Assembly (NCBI GenBank): GCA_963844935.1
Contig: CAWJQH010000005.1
Span: forward strand, 587,058 to 651,057
Length of the DNA: 64,000 nt
From: an uncultured Bacteroidales bacterium
GTDB taxonomy: Bacteria > Bacteroidota > Bacteroidia > Bacteroidales > VadinHA17
Direction: 5' to 3'
The notes under the pieces were generated by a model that was given only the letters and a program-made list of their open reading frames with translations, was not told where the DNA came from and searched no databases. Made by a program: the position numbers and the translations under genes. This document shows positions 43,008-52,322 of this stretch, in pieces (position 1 is the stretch's first letter; every line of letters starts with the position of its first letter).

Positions 43008-44246
43008 TTACTGTTGCTTTATTTTTTTTGCTTCTATCGCATCTTTCAGCGGGATGATCTTTCCGTTCCTGACGGCAATCACAAACGCGTCGGGGAACCC
43101 GAGCGTAAGTGTCCTCCTGTATTTGACGGCATCTTCATAGACAAGGAAGCTGCCTGCTCCGTACTTGATCCGTTCGCCCTCTTCAATTTTTGTAATCTTT
43201 TCAATTCCTGCGAGCTGGCTCTGGCTCATCGGCTTGTCCTTCGGCATGGCTGAGATCTGAACCATGAAAACTATATCGTCAGTCACCATCTCAGGCTTAA
43301 CTTCGGTCAGCAGAGGCACCGGCGCGGGCGGCGGAGCCTCCTCTTTTTTAACCACTGCTGCGGGCCTTGCTGTGCTGTCTTCCTTCCCGGACACCGCTTC
43401 AGTTTCACTCTGCACAGTACCGTTGGCATTCATTCCCGACCGGTTGTCAATGGATTGTTTATAATCCCTGAAAGCCCTGTAAACAGCCGAGGCAAGATAA
43501 TCCTGGCCCTGCTCTGAAATCAGGAACCGCTCTTCTTCGGAATTGGAGACAAATCCAAGTTCTACAAGTACCGAGGGCATTGTGGTCTTCCACAAAACAA
43601 TGAACCCTGCCTGTTTTACCCCGCGGTCTTTCCTTCCTATCCTTTCACTGAACTGATTCTGTATCATCGATGCGAACTCCGTACTCTGCTTCAGATATGT
43701 GTTCTGCATCAGTGAGAAGATAATGAATGACTCCACCGAATTGGGGTCATACCCCTCATATTTAGTCTGGTAATCCTTCTCGAAGGTTATGACTGAGTTT
43801 TCCTTCATTGCCACCTGGAGGTTAGCATCATCCTTGCTCTGGCCCAGGACAAATGTTTCGGCCCCGGTTACACGTTTGTCGCTTATCCAGTTGGAGTGTA
43901 TCGAAATGAAAATGTCAGCCTTGTTCCTGTTTGCAACATGTGCCCTCTCGTCGAGCTCGATGAAGGTGTCATCATCACGCGTATAGATGACCTTCACATC
44001 CCTGAGATTTTCCTTTATATATTTTCCTGTTTTGAGAGCTACTGCAAGGTTAATGTTCTTTTCCCTGGATTTCGGTCCCACTGTGCCTGGGTCTTTGCCG
44101 CCGTGACCTGCATCAATGACAACAACCCATTCATCATTCAGCGGCGCCGCCTGTGACCATACCTCATGTGGCATGGTAATTGCGGCCATCAGAAAGGCAA
44201 AGGTCAGATTAACTCTTACCCCTCTGAATTTGGAGCTCTGCCGCAT
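43008..44246 (-). CDS. N-acetylmuramoyl-L-alanine amidase (Amidase_3) with a C-terminal SPOR-like domain
   Basis: VVIDAGHGGKDPG...ADIFISIHSN motifs and a signal peptide from MRQSSK. The exact start is uncertain (44246, 44285 or 44300). Confidence 0.8.
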   Translation of the reverse strand: MRQSSKFRGVRVNLTFAFLMAAITMPHEVWSQAAPLNDEWVVVIDAGHGGKDPGTVGPKSREKNINLAVALKTGKYIKENLRDVKVIYTRDDDTFIELDERAHVANRNKADIFISIHSNWISDKRVTGAETFVLGQSKDDANLQVAMKENSVITFEKDYQTKYEGYDPNSVESFIIFSLMQNTYLKQSTEFASMIQNQFSERIGRKDRGVKQAGFIVLWKTTMPSVLVELGFVSNSEEERFLISEQGQDYLASAVYRAFRDYKQSIDNRSGMNANGTVQSETEAVSGKEDSTARPAAVVKKEEAPPPAPVPLLTEVKPEMVTDDIVFMVQISAMPKDKPMSQSQLAGIEKITKIEEGERIKYGAGSFLVYEDAVKYRRTLTLGFPDAFVIAVRNGKIIPLKDAIEAKKIKQQ

Positions 44247-44283
44247 TACTGCTTTGCGAATTTTAATTAGTTTTGCCGGTGGC

Positions 44284-47028
44284 ATGTGGTATCTGCACAA
44301 ATATTACGCAAAAATAGCATTTAACTTGCATTATAAATCACAAAGATCATTTGTGACAATTTTCATGCCGCTCCTTCTCTCAGCTGCACTTTATGGCCAG
44401 GAACCTGTCACTCCTGACACACTTTTCAGCCCGGACTCACTGCAGCCCGCAGATACCATCCAGCCATACGACACGCTTTTCGGCAGGGATGTTTTCCTTC
44501 CTTCCGACACCATTGTTGCAGACAGCGCAATAATCATATCACCTGACGCCGTCGACCTGCCGATAGTGTACAACGCTGAGGGGTATATGAAGACAGATCT
44601 GAAGACTAAAAAGGTGAGCCTGGTCAAGGATGCAAAGGTTACATACGGCACAATTGAACTGACTGCTGATTCGATAGTCCTTAATATGGAGACAGGGTCA
44701 GTCTATGCCACGGGCAGGATTGACTCCACGGGAAAAATGGCAGGCAAGCCTGTATTTAAGGACGGTTCGGAAGAATTCGAATCCAAAGAACTCACATATA
44801 ACTTCAAGTCGAAGAAGGGGGTGATCCAGAATATTACAACCGAGCAGGAGGGAGGATTCCTTCAGAGCCAGAAGACAAAGCGGCAGGAAGACGGAACACT
44901 GCATGTGAATAAAAGCAAGTTCACAACATGCGATGCGGAAGACCCGCATTTTTATCTCGCACTGAACAAGGCAAAGGTATATCCGGGTGAAAAGATGGTG
45001 TCAGGGCCTGCCTACATGGTGATAGCCGACGTACCGCTGCCTCTTGTGGTACCATTCGGATTCTTCCCGGTGCAGCAGCGAAGGGCTTCCGGAATCATTA
45101 TGCCCAGGTACGGGTCGGAGGCACGCAGAGGCTATTTTCTTTCCAACGGAGGATACTATTTTGCCCTTACCGACTATTTTGACCTGAAGCTCACGGGAAC
45201 TGCCTACACGAACGGAACATGGCTTGCAGATGCGGCAACTACATACAGGCTGAGGTACCGTTTCTCAGGCTCCTTCGGATTCAGTTATGCCAACAACGTG
45301 ACCAGCTACAAGGGACTGCCCGACTATGGCTCGTCGACCAACTACCGCCTGACATGGTCACACTCGCAGGACGCCAAAGCCAGTCCCGGCTCACGCTTCT
45401 CGGCAAGCGTCAACATGAGCTCGAGCGGGTATGATAAGGAGAACAGTTACGAGGTGGCTGATCATGTCACCACAACAAGGCAGTCAAGCATAAGCTACTC
45501 AAGGAACTGGGCCGGCACGCCGTTCGCCTTCTCAACAAGCCTTAACCAGAGCCAGAACGTGGAGAACAAAACCCTTCAGCTGAACCTGCCCAAAGCCAAC
45601 TTCACGGTGTCACGAATATATCCTTTCAAGCCACGGAAACCTGTCATCAAAAAGAGGTGGTATCACGATATCCAGTCCCAGTACACCGCTTCAATCGAAA
45701 ACAAGATTGACACATATGACAGCCTGCTCTTTACCAGCCAGACATGGGACAACATGAAGAACGGATTCAAGCATGAAATCCCTTTAAGCATTCAGATAAG
45801 GCCGTTCAAGAACTTCTCCATTTCTCCGCAGGTGAGATATACCGGGGTGCTGTACACCCAGGAGATTGAAAAGAGATGGGATCCGAATTACTATAATGAA
45901 TCATTGAATAAGATCGTACCGTCTGTTATCAACGACACAATCAGGGGCCTCTCTTACGGCCAGTCGCTCTTGCCGTCTATAAGTGCATCTTACAACACGC
46001 AGCTTGACGGCCGGTTTAGGTTCACGAAGAAGGGATCGAAAATAGAGACGATACGTCACCTCATGAAACCTTCCGTAGGTTTTTCGTACTCCCCCGAGCT
46101 AAACTGGCTCGTGAGCGACATGTATAAGACTGTTCAGTATGATACTCTTGGCAACACAAAGGAGTACTCGATTTATGAGGGGGCCATTTATGGAACGCCC
46201 ACTGGCGGCAAGCGCGCGGGATCACTGACTTTCGGCCTTGTAAACATCGTCGAAGCCAAGATATTTGCCAGGAATGATACCACGGGCAAACCGAAGAAGA
46301 TCAAGCTGATAGATAATCTCTCATTCAATACCTCCTATAACATTTTTTCAGATTCCCTGAACTGGGCACCTGTCACGGCACAGTTCCGAACCACGCTTGC
46401 CGAAAATATCAACCTGATGGCAAGCAGCAGCTTGACTATCTATGGTCTCAGTGAACAGGGAACCACAGTTTCGGAGCTTGCCATAAGCCAGGGAGATGGC
46501 CTGTTCAGGATGACCAACTTCACAACAAGTATTGACCTTGACCTGGGCCGGCTTCTTCAGAAAAAGGACAAGAACCGCCAGCAGTCATCACCCGGTTCAG
46601 GACAGGCACCTGCAGGCCAGATGGAGGAGGGAGCCCGCAGTGGAGGAAACCTGCCTCTCGACAACAGGGAATATGACGAGTACGGTTATGCGAGGTTTGA
46701 TGTTCCGTGGTCACTCAGGATGGCATATAACTTCAGCTACAGAAAGCCTGCCTTCGAGTCAGATATTTCACAAACGATGACTTTCTCGGGTGACCTGAGA
46801 CTTACGCCCAAGATGGCAATAAACTACAGCACGGGTTACGACTTCGGTCAGCATGAGATCACTATGAGCAGGGTTGGAATCTCACGTGACCTGCACTGCT
46901 GGGAGATGAACTTCTCATGGATACCGATAGGTTACATGAAGAGCTGGAACTTCACAATAAGGGCAAAAGCCGGCTTGCTTAATGATCTTAAGTACGAGCG
47001 CAAAAAAGACTATCATGAAAATCTATAA
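44284..47028 (+). CDS. lptD: LptD/OstA-like outer-membrane LPS assembly protein
   Basis: OstA-like N-terminal region (VTYGTIELTADSIVLNMETGSVYATG), a large beta-rich C-terminus, and divergence from the amidase gene. The start is uncertain: ATG 44284, or TTG 44326 which gives a cleaner signal peptide. The ORF-track start 44116 overlaps the amidase gene. Confidence 0.7.
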   Translation: MWYLHKYYAKIAFNLHYKSQRSFVTIFMPLLLSAALYGQEPVTPDTLFSPDSLQPADTIQPYDTLFGRDVFLPSDTIVADSAIIISPDAVDLPIVYNAEGYMKTDLKTKKVSLVKDAKVTYGTIELTADSIVLNMETGSVYATGRIDSTGKMAGKPVFKDGSEEFESKELTYNFKSKKGVIQNITTEQEGGFLQSQKTKRQEDGTLHVNKSKFTTCDAEDPHFYLALNKAKVYPGEKMVSGPAYMVIADVPLPLVVPFGFFPVQQRRASGIIMPRYGSEARRGYFLSNGGYYFALTDYFDLKLTGTAYTNGTWLADAATTYRLRYRFSGSFGFSYANNVTSYKGLPDYGSSTNYRLTWSHSQDAKASPGSRFSASVNMSSSGYDKENSYEVADHVTTTRQSSISYSRNWAGTPFAFSTSLNQSQNVENKTLQLNLPKANFTVSRIYPFKPRKPVIKKRWYHDIQSQYTASIENKIDTYDSLLFTSQTWDNMKNGFKHEIPLSIQIRPFKNFSISPQVRYTGVLYTQEIEKRWDPNYYNESLNKIVPSVINDTIRGLSYGQSLLPSISASYNTQLDGRFRFTKKGSKIETIRHLMKPSVGFSYSPELNWLVSDMYKTVQYDTLGNTKEYSIYEGAIYGTPTGGKRAGSLTFGLVNIVEAKIFARNDTTGKPKKIKLIDNLSFNTSYNIFSDSLNWAPVTAQFRTTLAENINLMASSSLTIYGLSEQGTTVSELAISQGDGLFRMTNFTTSIDLDLGRLLQKKDKNRQQSSPGSGQAPAGQMEEGARSGGNLPLDNREYDEYGYARFDVPWSLRMAYNFSYRKPAFESDISQTMTFSGDLRLTPKMAINYSTGYDFGQHEITMSRVGISRDLHCWEMNFSWIPIGYMKSWNFTIRAKAGLLNDLKYERKKDYHENL

Positions 47029-47047
47029 CGAAATAAGGTCATCAGGA

Positions 47048-47425
47048 ATGAAAAAAATCATCAGCACTACAGCAGCTCCCGGAGCTATCGGACCCTACAG
47101 CCAGGCTGTGGAGATCAACGGAACTCTTTACATATCAGGTCAGGTGGCTATTGATCCCGCTACAGGAAAAATCGTTGAGGGAGGCATCACGGAACAGACG
47201 ACGCAGGTACTGAAGAACATTAAGGCCATCCTTATGGCAGCGGGATATTCACTCAGTGATGTGGTCAAATCGACCTGTCTCCTGGCAGATATGTCCGATT
47301 TCAAGGCCATGAATGCGGTGTACGCCATGTTCTATACATCAGATCAGCCTGCCAGGGCCGCCTATGCAGTAAAGGGTCTGCCACTCGGGGCGCTGATTGA
47401 AATCGAAACCATTGCGGTAAAATAA
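47048..47425 (+). CDS. ridA: RidA/YjgF-family reactive intermediate deaminase
   Basis: APGAIGPYSQAV...GTLYISGQ...ARAAYAVKGLPLGALIEIE, 125 aa. Confidence 0.88.
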   Translation: MKKIISTTAAPGAIGPYSQAVEINGTLYISGQVAIDPATGKIVEGGITEQTTQVLKNIKAILMAAGYSLSDVVKSTCLLADMSDFKAMNAVYAMFYTSDQPARAAYAVKGLPLGALIEIETIAVK

Positions 47426-47434
47426 AAACAGTAA

Positions 47435-47455
47435 AGGCGGGTCTGAGACCCGCCT
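47435..47455. terminator. stem-loop terminator between the convergent genes ridA and rplI
   Basis: AGGCGGGTC-TGA-GACCCGCCT, a 9-bp GC-rich stem. The T-rich tail is on the minus-strand side (TTTACTGTTTTTA). Confidence 0.7.
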
Positions 47456-47486
47456 CTACGTATACAATATCAGGTGTTGTCGCTGG

Positions 47487-47933
47487 TTATTCGGCTTTTA
47501 CCTCAAAATCAACATCGACTTTTACGTCTCTGTGGAGTTTGACGACAGCTTTATAGTGTCCGACTTCCTTAATGGTTTCTTCGCCGAGGATAATATTCTT
47601 GCGTTCTATTTCAAATCCTTTTTCCTTCAGCGCTTCCGCTATCTGGATTGTATTGACCGAACCGAAGATCTTGCCTGCTGAGCTCACTTTTGCACCAATG
47701 ACAAGCTTGACAAGACCGAGCTTTTCAGCGATCTTTTCAGCTTCATGCCTGATCTTCTCTTCCTTGTGTGCCCTCTGCTTCAGGTTTTCGTTGTGCACCT
47801 TGACGGCAGAGCCGGTAGCCTGAACGGCAAATCCCTGCGGAATAAGGTAATTCCTCGCATACCCGGTCTTGACTGAAACGATATCGTTCTTCTGACCGAG
47901 CTTATCATGATCCTGCTTGAGAATAATTTTCAT
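47487..47933 (-). CDS. rplI: 50S ribosomal protein L9
   Basis: MKIILKQD...GYARNYLIPQG N-terminus. Confidence 0.92.
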   Translation of the reverse strand: MKIILKQDHDKLGQKNDIVSVKTGYARNYLIPQGFAVQATGSAVKVHNENLKQRAHKEEKIRHEAEKIAEKLGLVKLVIGAKVSSAGKIFGSVNTIQIAEALKEKGFEIERKNIILGEETIKEVGHYKAVVKLHRDVKVDVDFEVKAE

Positions 47934-47946
47934 TTCCCTTCCTCCT

Positions 47947-48216
47947 TTACTTTAAAAGATCAGCTACATAAGGAAGCATAGCAAGATGTCTCGACCTCTT
48001 GATAGCCTTGGCGACCCTCCTCTGATACTTCAGGGAGGTGCCGGTGATACGGCGCGGCAGTATCTTGCCCTGCTCATTCAGGAACTTCTTGAGGAATTCG
48101 GGATCCTTGTAATCAATGTACTTGATCTTGTTCTTCTTAAACCTGCAGTATTTCTTCTTCTTGATCTCTACTGTCGGAGGTGTAAGATATCTGATTTCTG
48201 AATTGTTCTGTGCCAT
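47947..48216 (-). CDS. rpsR: 30S ribosomal protein S18
   Basis: CRF...IDYKD...[18 protein letters not shown]...[14 protein letters not shown]. Confidence 0.92.
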   Translation of the reverse strand: MAQNNSEIRYLTPPTVEIKKKKYCRFKKNKIKYIDYKDPEFLKKFLNEQGKILPRRITGTSLKYQRRVAKAIKRSRHLAMLPYVADLLK

Positions 48217-48218
48217 CT

Positions 48219-48572
48219 TTATTCCTCCTTGACTTTCTCGTTTGCTCTCATTTTTCTCTTCTTCTCAGCATACTCAACAGCATACTTGTCCATACGGAAG
48301 GTCAGGAAGCGGATGATTCTCTCATCCCTTCTGTACTGCACTTCTAATTTATCTACCAACTCACCTGGCCCTTTGAACTCAACAAGGTAATAGAACCCTG
48401 TTGATTTCTTCTGAATGGGATAAGCGAGTTTCTTCAGGCCCCAGTTCTCTTCATGAACGATATCACCATTGTTGTCAGTGATGATCTTCTTGAATTTCTG
48501 GACCGCTTCCTTCATCTGATTTTCAGACAAAACGGGAGTTGCAATGAAAACGGTTTCGTACTGATTCAACAT
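48219..48572 (-). CDS. rpsF: 30S ribosomal protein S6
   Basis: [10 protein letters not shown]...[10 protein letters not shown]. Start at 48572, since a -7 motif lies inside the longer ORF that starts at 48623. Confidence 0.9.
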   Translation of the reverse strand: MLNQYETVFIATPVLSENQMKEAVQKFKKIITDNNGDIVHEENWGLKKLAYPIQKKSTGFYYLVEFKGPGELVDKLEVQYRRDERIIRFLTFRMDKYAVEYAEKKRKMRANEKVKEE

Positions 48573-48609
48573 CTCTTTTGGTTTGTAATTGTGTTTATAA
48601 TTCGGGTTG

Positions 48610-48617
48610 CAAAAGTA
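48610..48617 (-). promoter_or_regulatory. putative -7 promoter element TACTTTTG for rpsF-rpsR-rplI
   Basis: The reverse complement of CAAAAGTA matches TAnnTTTG, 38 nt upstream of the ATG at 48572. Confidence 0.45.
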
Positions 48618-48660
48618 AGACAATAAATCTTAAAAAAAAATATTCGCGGAACTATTTGAC

Positions 48661-48668
48661 TATATTTG
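48661..48668 (+). promoter_or_regulatory. putative -7 promoter element TATATTTG for dnaX
   Basis: Matches TAnnTTTG 37 nt upstream of the dnaX ATG. Confidence 0.4.
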
Positions 48669-48704
48669 TGGATGGTATAACCTAAGAATGCGCTGATATC
48701 GGAT

Positions 48705-50426
48705 ATGGATAATTTTATTGTTTCTGCCCGCAAGTACAGACCTGCCACCTTCGACATGGTTGTCGGACAGGATACCATCACCACAACCCTGAAAAATGCA
48801 ATAAAGAACAATCACCTGTCGCAGGCATACCTTTTCTGCGGCCCCCGGGGGGTTGGCAAGACGACATGTGCAAGGATCTTTGCCAAGACAATCAACTGTT
48901 CTCATCCTGGTCCTGACAGTGAACCCTGTGACAACTGCAAATCATGCCTTTCATTCAAATCGCAGGCATCATTCAATATACACGAGCTTGACGGCGCCTC
49001 CAATAACAGCGTCGATGACATACGCAATCTCACTGACCAGGTAAGGATCCCGCCGCAGATAGGAAAGTTCAGCGTTTATATAATTGATGAGGTTCACATG
49101 CTTTCAGCCTCCGCCTTCAATGCTTTTCTGAAAACGCTTGAGGAGCCTCCGTCACATGCCATCTTTATTCTTGCCACCACCGAGAAGCACAAGATAATCC
49201 CGACAATCCTTTCACGGTGCCAGATATTCGACTTCAACCGCATCAACGTGGATGACATCGTGAACCGTCTCAGCTGGGTGGCCGGAAATGAGAATGTAAA
49301 AGCCGAACATGAGGCGCTGCATGTAATCGCCACAAAAGCTGACGGTGCCATGCGCGATGCACTCTCAATCTTCGATCAGATAGTTAGCTTCAGCGGCAAG
49401 ACAATCACTTACACGGATGTGATCTCCAACCTCAACGTGCTTGACTATGAGTATTATTTCAGGATCACAGGCGCTGCCATCGAAGGCAATGTGACATCGG
49501 TGCTGCTTACATTCAACGAGATACTCAATAAGGGTTTTGACGGGTATAACTTCATGGCAGGACTGAACAGTCATATGCGTGATCTGCTTGTCAGCCGTGA
49601 CGAGGCCACTGTAAAGCTTCTCGAGACATCACCGTCGATCAGGCAACGCTACAGGGAACAGGCTGTAAGGGCACCCCTTTCATTTATTTATGAAGCTCTT
49701 GACATAGGTTCACAGTGTCTGCTGACCTTCAAGAGCAGCAAGAACCAGCGTCTTCATGTCGAGCTTGCCCTGTTGCGCATGTGCCAACTGGCCGGAGGGG
49801 ACAGCGGTGAGGATTCAAAAAAAAAATCTGAACAGCAACTCCCTGCCGACGAACCGGTCATAAAGATATCATCTGCTCCGAAGAGCCAGTCAGCTTCCTC
49901 CGCCATAACACAGACAAAACCACCGGAACAACCTTCCAGGGGAACAACTGCACCCGATACCGGGAAAAAGGTATCCATAAAAAACCTGCTCTCTGAAACA
50001 AAAGCAAAGGAGAATACTGTCAATGAACCCGCACCTGCGGCTGCAGTAGCACAGCCGCATAAGGAGTTCACAGCTGACGATCTTGCAGATGCCTTCCGTG
50101 CCTTTGCCATCCAGGTGAAGGAAGAGAGCCCCCGCATCTCCGTGACGCTCTCGTCAGTGACACCCGACCTCCTCGCTGATAATACTGTAGAACTGAAACT
50201 TGACAATACGGCTCTAAGGGAATTATTTGACCATAACTTCAGGGCACGGCTCGAACATTACCTTCGCGAGACACTTCAGAATAGCTCCCTGATCCTCCGT
50301 ACAACGGTGGGAGCGACCGAAAGAGGCGAAATACTTTACTCCGATGAACAGAAGTTCAACCACCTGGCATCTAAAAACCCGGCACTGAAGGACCTGAAAA
50401 AAACATTCAACCTTGATTTTGAATGA
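48705..50426 (+). CDS. dnaX: DNA polymerase III subunit tau (gamma/tau)
   Basis: ARKYRPATFDMVVGQ...FCGPRGVGKTT, a Zn module (CxxC), SRC motif (LSRCQIF), and a low-complexity linker after about aa 365. Confidence 0.92.
   Translation: MDNFIVSARKYRPATFDMVVGQDTITTTLKNAIKNNHLSQAYLFCGPRGVGKTTCARIFAKTINCSHPGPDSEPCDNCKSCLSFKSQASFNIHELDGASNNSVDDIRNLTDQVRIPPQIGKFSVYIIDEVHMLSASAFNAFLKTLEEPPSHAIFILATTEKHKIIPTILSRCQIFDFNRINVDDIVNRLSWVAGNENVKAEHEALHVIATKADGAMRDALSIFDQIVSFSGKTITYTDVISNLNVLDYEYYFRITGAAIEGNVTSVLLTFNEILNKGFDGYNFMAGLNSHMRDLLVSRDEATVKLLETSPSIRQRYREQAVRAPLSFIYEALDIGSQCLLTFKSSKNQRLHVELALLRMCQLAGGDSGEDSKKKSEQQLPADEPVIKISSAPKSQSASSAITQTKPPEQPSRGTTAPDTGKKVSIKNLLSETKAKENTVNEPAPAAAVAQPHKEFTADDLADAFRAFAIQVKEESPRISVTLSSVTPDLLADNTVELKLDNTALRELFDHNFRARLEHYLRETLQNSSLILRTTVGATERGEILYSDEQKFNHLASKNPALKDLKKTFNLDFE
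49817..49831 (+). other. A10 homopolymer followed by a -1-frame TGA inside dnaX: candidate recoding or transcriptional-slippage site
   Basis: TCA AAA AAA AAA TCT GAA in frame 0. A one-base slip, or one extra A, reads ...AAA ATC TGA. See finding. Confidence 0.35.
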
Positions 50427-50444
50427 TCACTCATATATCACCTC

Positions 50445-51224
50445 GTGAGCGTCAGAAAACAAACACGGAACATTGATTCCCCGGCAACCGAAAAGGCGGA
50501 GATCAGGAATTACATCAGGCAGTACGGAAAGCTGGCAGGAGGGATAGCCCACGATCTGAACACAATAATCACAACAATATACGGCTACGGCGAGATGGCT
50601 CTTGAAACCCTCGATGAGACCTCAGAGGCCGGTCAGAATATTCGCAATATAATATCTGCGGCAGACAGGGCGCGCGAACTTACCGGACGACTGATGGACC
50701 TGAGCCGCCCGGCGGGAAATGAAAAAAAAACAGTCCGTGTCAGCGATATAATAAAAGAGACAGTAAGCCTGATCAGGCCATCAATACCTCAAGGGACGGA
50801 GGTGGCAGAGAACATCATCTCGCCGGATATTCTGGTCTCAGCTGATCCGCTGCAGCTTTTCAGGGCATTTACCAACGTGGCTGTTAATGCGTTGCAGTCA
50901 ATGGAATCAGCAGGAGGCAGGCTTACAATAACCCTTGAAAAGGTGCCAGCAGACAACCGTAAAAAGCTGAAAGCCGGCGAATATGCGCTCATACGCTTTG
51001 CAGATACAGGAAAGGGAATGGATAGAAAAACAGCTGATAAAATGTTTGACCCGTTTTTTACCTCACGCGGGGACAGTAACGGCACCGGCCTGGGACTGTC
51101 ACTTGTATATGATATAATATCAGACCTTGAGGGAGATATTAACGTTTCTTCAGTGGTCGATGAAGGGACGGTGATTGACATCCTTATCCCGGCTGAAACA
51201 GGCAAATTTGTCGCTCTTCCCTAA
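50445..51224 (+). CDS. soluble histidine kinase (HisKA plus HATPase_c only, no sensor or TM domain)
   Basis: H-box GGIAHDLNTIIT, N-box NVAVNALQS, G-boxes DTGKGMD and GTGLGLS. GTG start. Confidence 0.8.
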   Translation: MSVRKQTRNIDSPATEKAEIRNYIRQYGKLAGGIAHDLNTIITTIYGYGEMALETLDETSEAGQNIRNIISAADRARELTGRLMDLSRPAGNEKKTVRVSDIIKETVSLIRPSIPQGTEVAENIISPDILVSADPLQLFRAFTNVAVNALQSMESAGGRLTITLEKVPADNRKKLKAGEYALIRFADTGKGMDRKTADKMFDPFFTSRGDSNGTGLGLSLVYDIISDLEGDINVSSVVDEGTVIDILIPAETGKFVALP

Positions 51225-51272
51225 ATACTTTATCTTTACAATTGTTAAAAAAAGACATAGCAAAGCACATAT

Positions 51273-51644
51273 ATGGCCGGGGTAATGGTAGTTGAAGATG
51301 ATCCTGCACTGCGCGGGATGCTGAGGGAAGCCCTGGAAAAGAGGAAATATGTCGTAATAACTGCCAGTGACGGCAGGGAGGCAATCGCAAAATTCCGTCC
51401 TTCGGTTGTCGACCTTGTCATTACTGACCTGCTTATGCCTGAGGAGGATGGACTGATGGTCATAATGAAGATCAGGGAGATCAAGCCTTCCATAAGGATA
51501 ATTGCAATCAGCGGAGGGGGAAAGGCGGGCCCGGGAAGCTATCTTCTCATGGCCAGTAAACTGGGAGCGGACCTTGTGTTTTCAAAACCGTTCCTTCCTT
51601 CCGAACTGGTGCAGAAAGTTAAAGAGATCCTGGATAAACATTAA
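51273..51644 (+). CDS. single-domain (CheY-like) response regulator
   Basis: VVEDDP...DLVITDLLMPEEDG...AISGG receiver motifs. 123 aa, no output domain. Confidence 0.85.
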   Translation: MAGVMVVEDDPALRGMLREALEKRKYVVITASDGREAIAKFRPSVVDLVITDLLMPEEDGLMVIMKIREIKPSIRIIAISGGGKAGPGSYLLMASKLGADLVFSKPFLPSELVQKVKEILDKH

Positions 51645-51695
51645 GCCTGGTGACTTGTTATTCTTTTGAAAAAACAACGACTAATAACTGAATAT

Positions 51696-52211
51696 ATGTT
51701 GACAAAAAAAGTAGAAGAATTCTGCAACAGGCAGATTGAAAGAGAAGGATACTCATCAAACCTTTACCTTGCGATGGCATCATGGGCAGAAAACAAAGGC
51801 CTTGCCGGGGTGGCATCATGGCTATATGTGCAGGCCGACGAAGAAAGGCTGCACATGCTGAAATTCGTTAAGTATGTCAATGAACGCGGCGGAACGGCTG
51901 TCCTGCCTGCTTTCAAGCAACCGCCCGTGAAATTTAAAAGCGTTCTCGACATGTTTAAGGACGTGCTGAAACACGAACAGTTCATTTCAGCCAGCATTAA
52001 TGAGGTCCTGGCAGTGGCAAACGAAGAAAAAGACTACGCCACCGCCAACTGGATACAGTGGTTTGTTAACGAGCAGATACAGGAGGAGAGCAGCGCCAGG
52101 ATAATCCTGGATAAACTGGCACTCGCCGGTGAGGCTGGTCTGTATTTTCTCGACAGGGATATTATGGCTTTGAGAGCGGCTGCTGAACCGACAGCACCGG
52201 CAGCAACCTGA
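51696..52211 (+). CDS. ftn: ferritin (non-heme, Ftn-like)
   Basis: QIEREGYSSNLYLAMASW...ADEERLHMLKFVKYVNERGG ferroxidase-centre pattern. The start may be 51666 or 51696. Confidence 0.85.
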   Translation: MLTKKVEEFCNRQIEREGYSSNLYLAMASWAENKGLAGVASWLYVQADEERLHMLKFVKYVNERGGTAVLPAFKQPPVKFKSVLDMFKDVLKHEQFISASINEVLAVANEEKDYATANWIQWFVNEQIQEESSARIILDKLALAGEAGLYFLDRDIMALRAAAEPTAPAAT

Positions 52212-52229
52212 CAGACATTTGCTCCAGAG

Positions 52230-52263
52230 AAGGCTGTCCTTTATTACCGGGACAGCCTTTTGT
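52230..52263 (+). terminator. rho-independent terminator after the ferritin gene
   Basis: AAGGCTGTCC / GGACAGCCTT, a 10-bp stem with a 10-nt loop, followed by a T-rich tail. Confidence 0.7.
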
Positions 52264-52288
52264 GCATTCACTGAGCCGGAAAATTGAT

Positions 52289-52296
52289 TACTTTTG
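52289..52296 (+). promoter_or_regulatory. putative -7 promoter element TACTTTTG for secA
   Basis: Matches TAnnTTTG 27 nt upstream of the secA ATG. Confidence 0.4.
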
Positions 52297-52322
52297 CGGC
52301 ATATTTTTAAAAATATCTTTAA

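Noticed and set aside
44116-44283. ORF-track start of the LptD-like gene at 44116
   Set aside because: It would overlap about 130 nt or more of the divergent amidase coding region and adds no signal peptide. ATG 44284 or TTG 44326 gives a sensible N-terminus.
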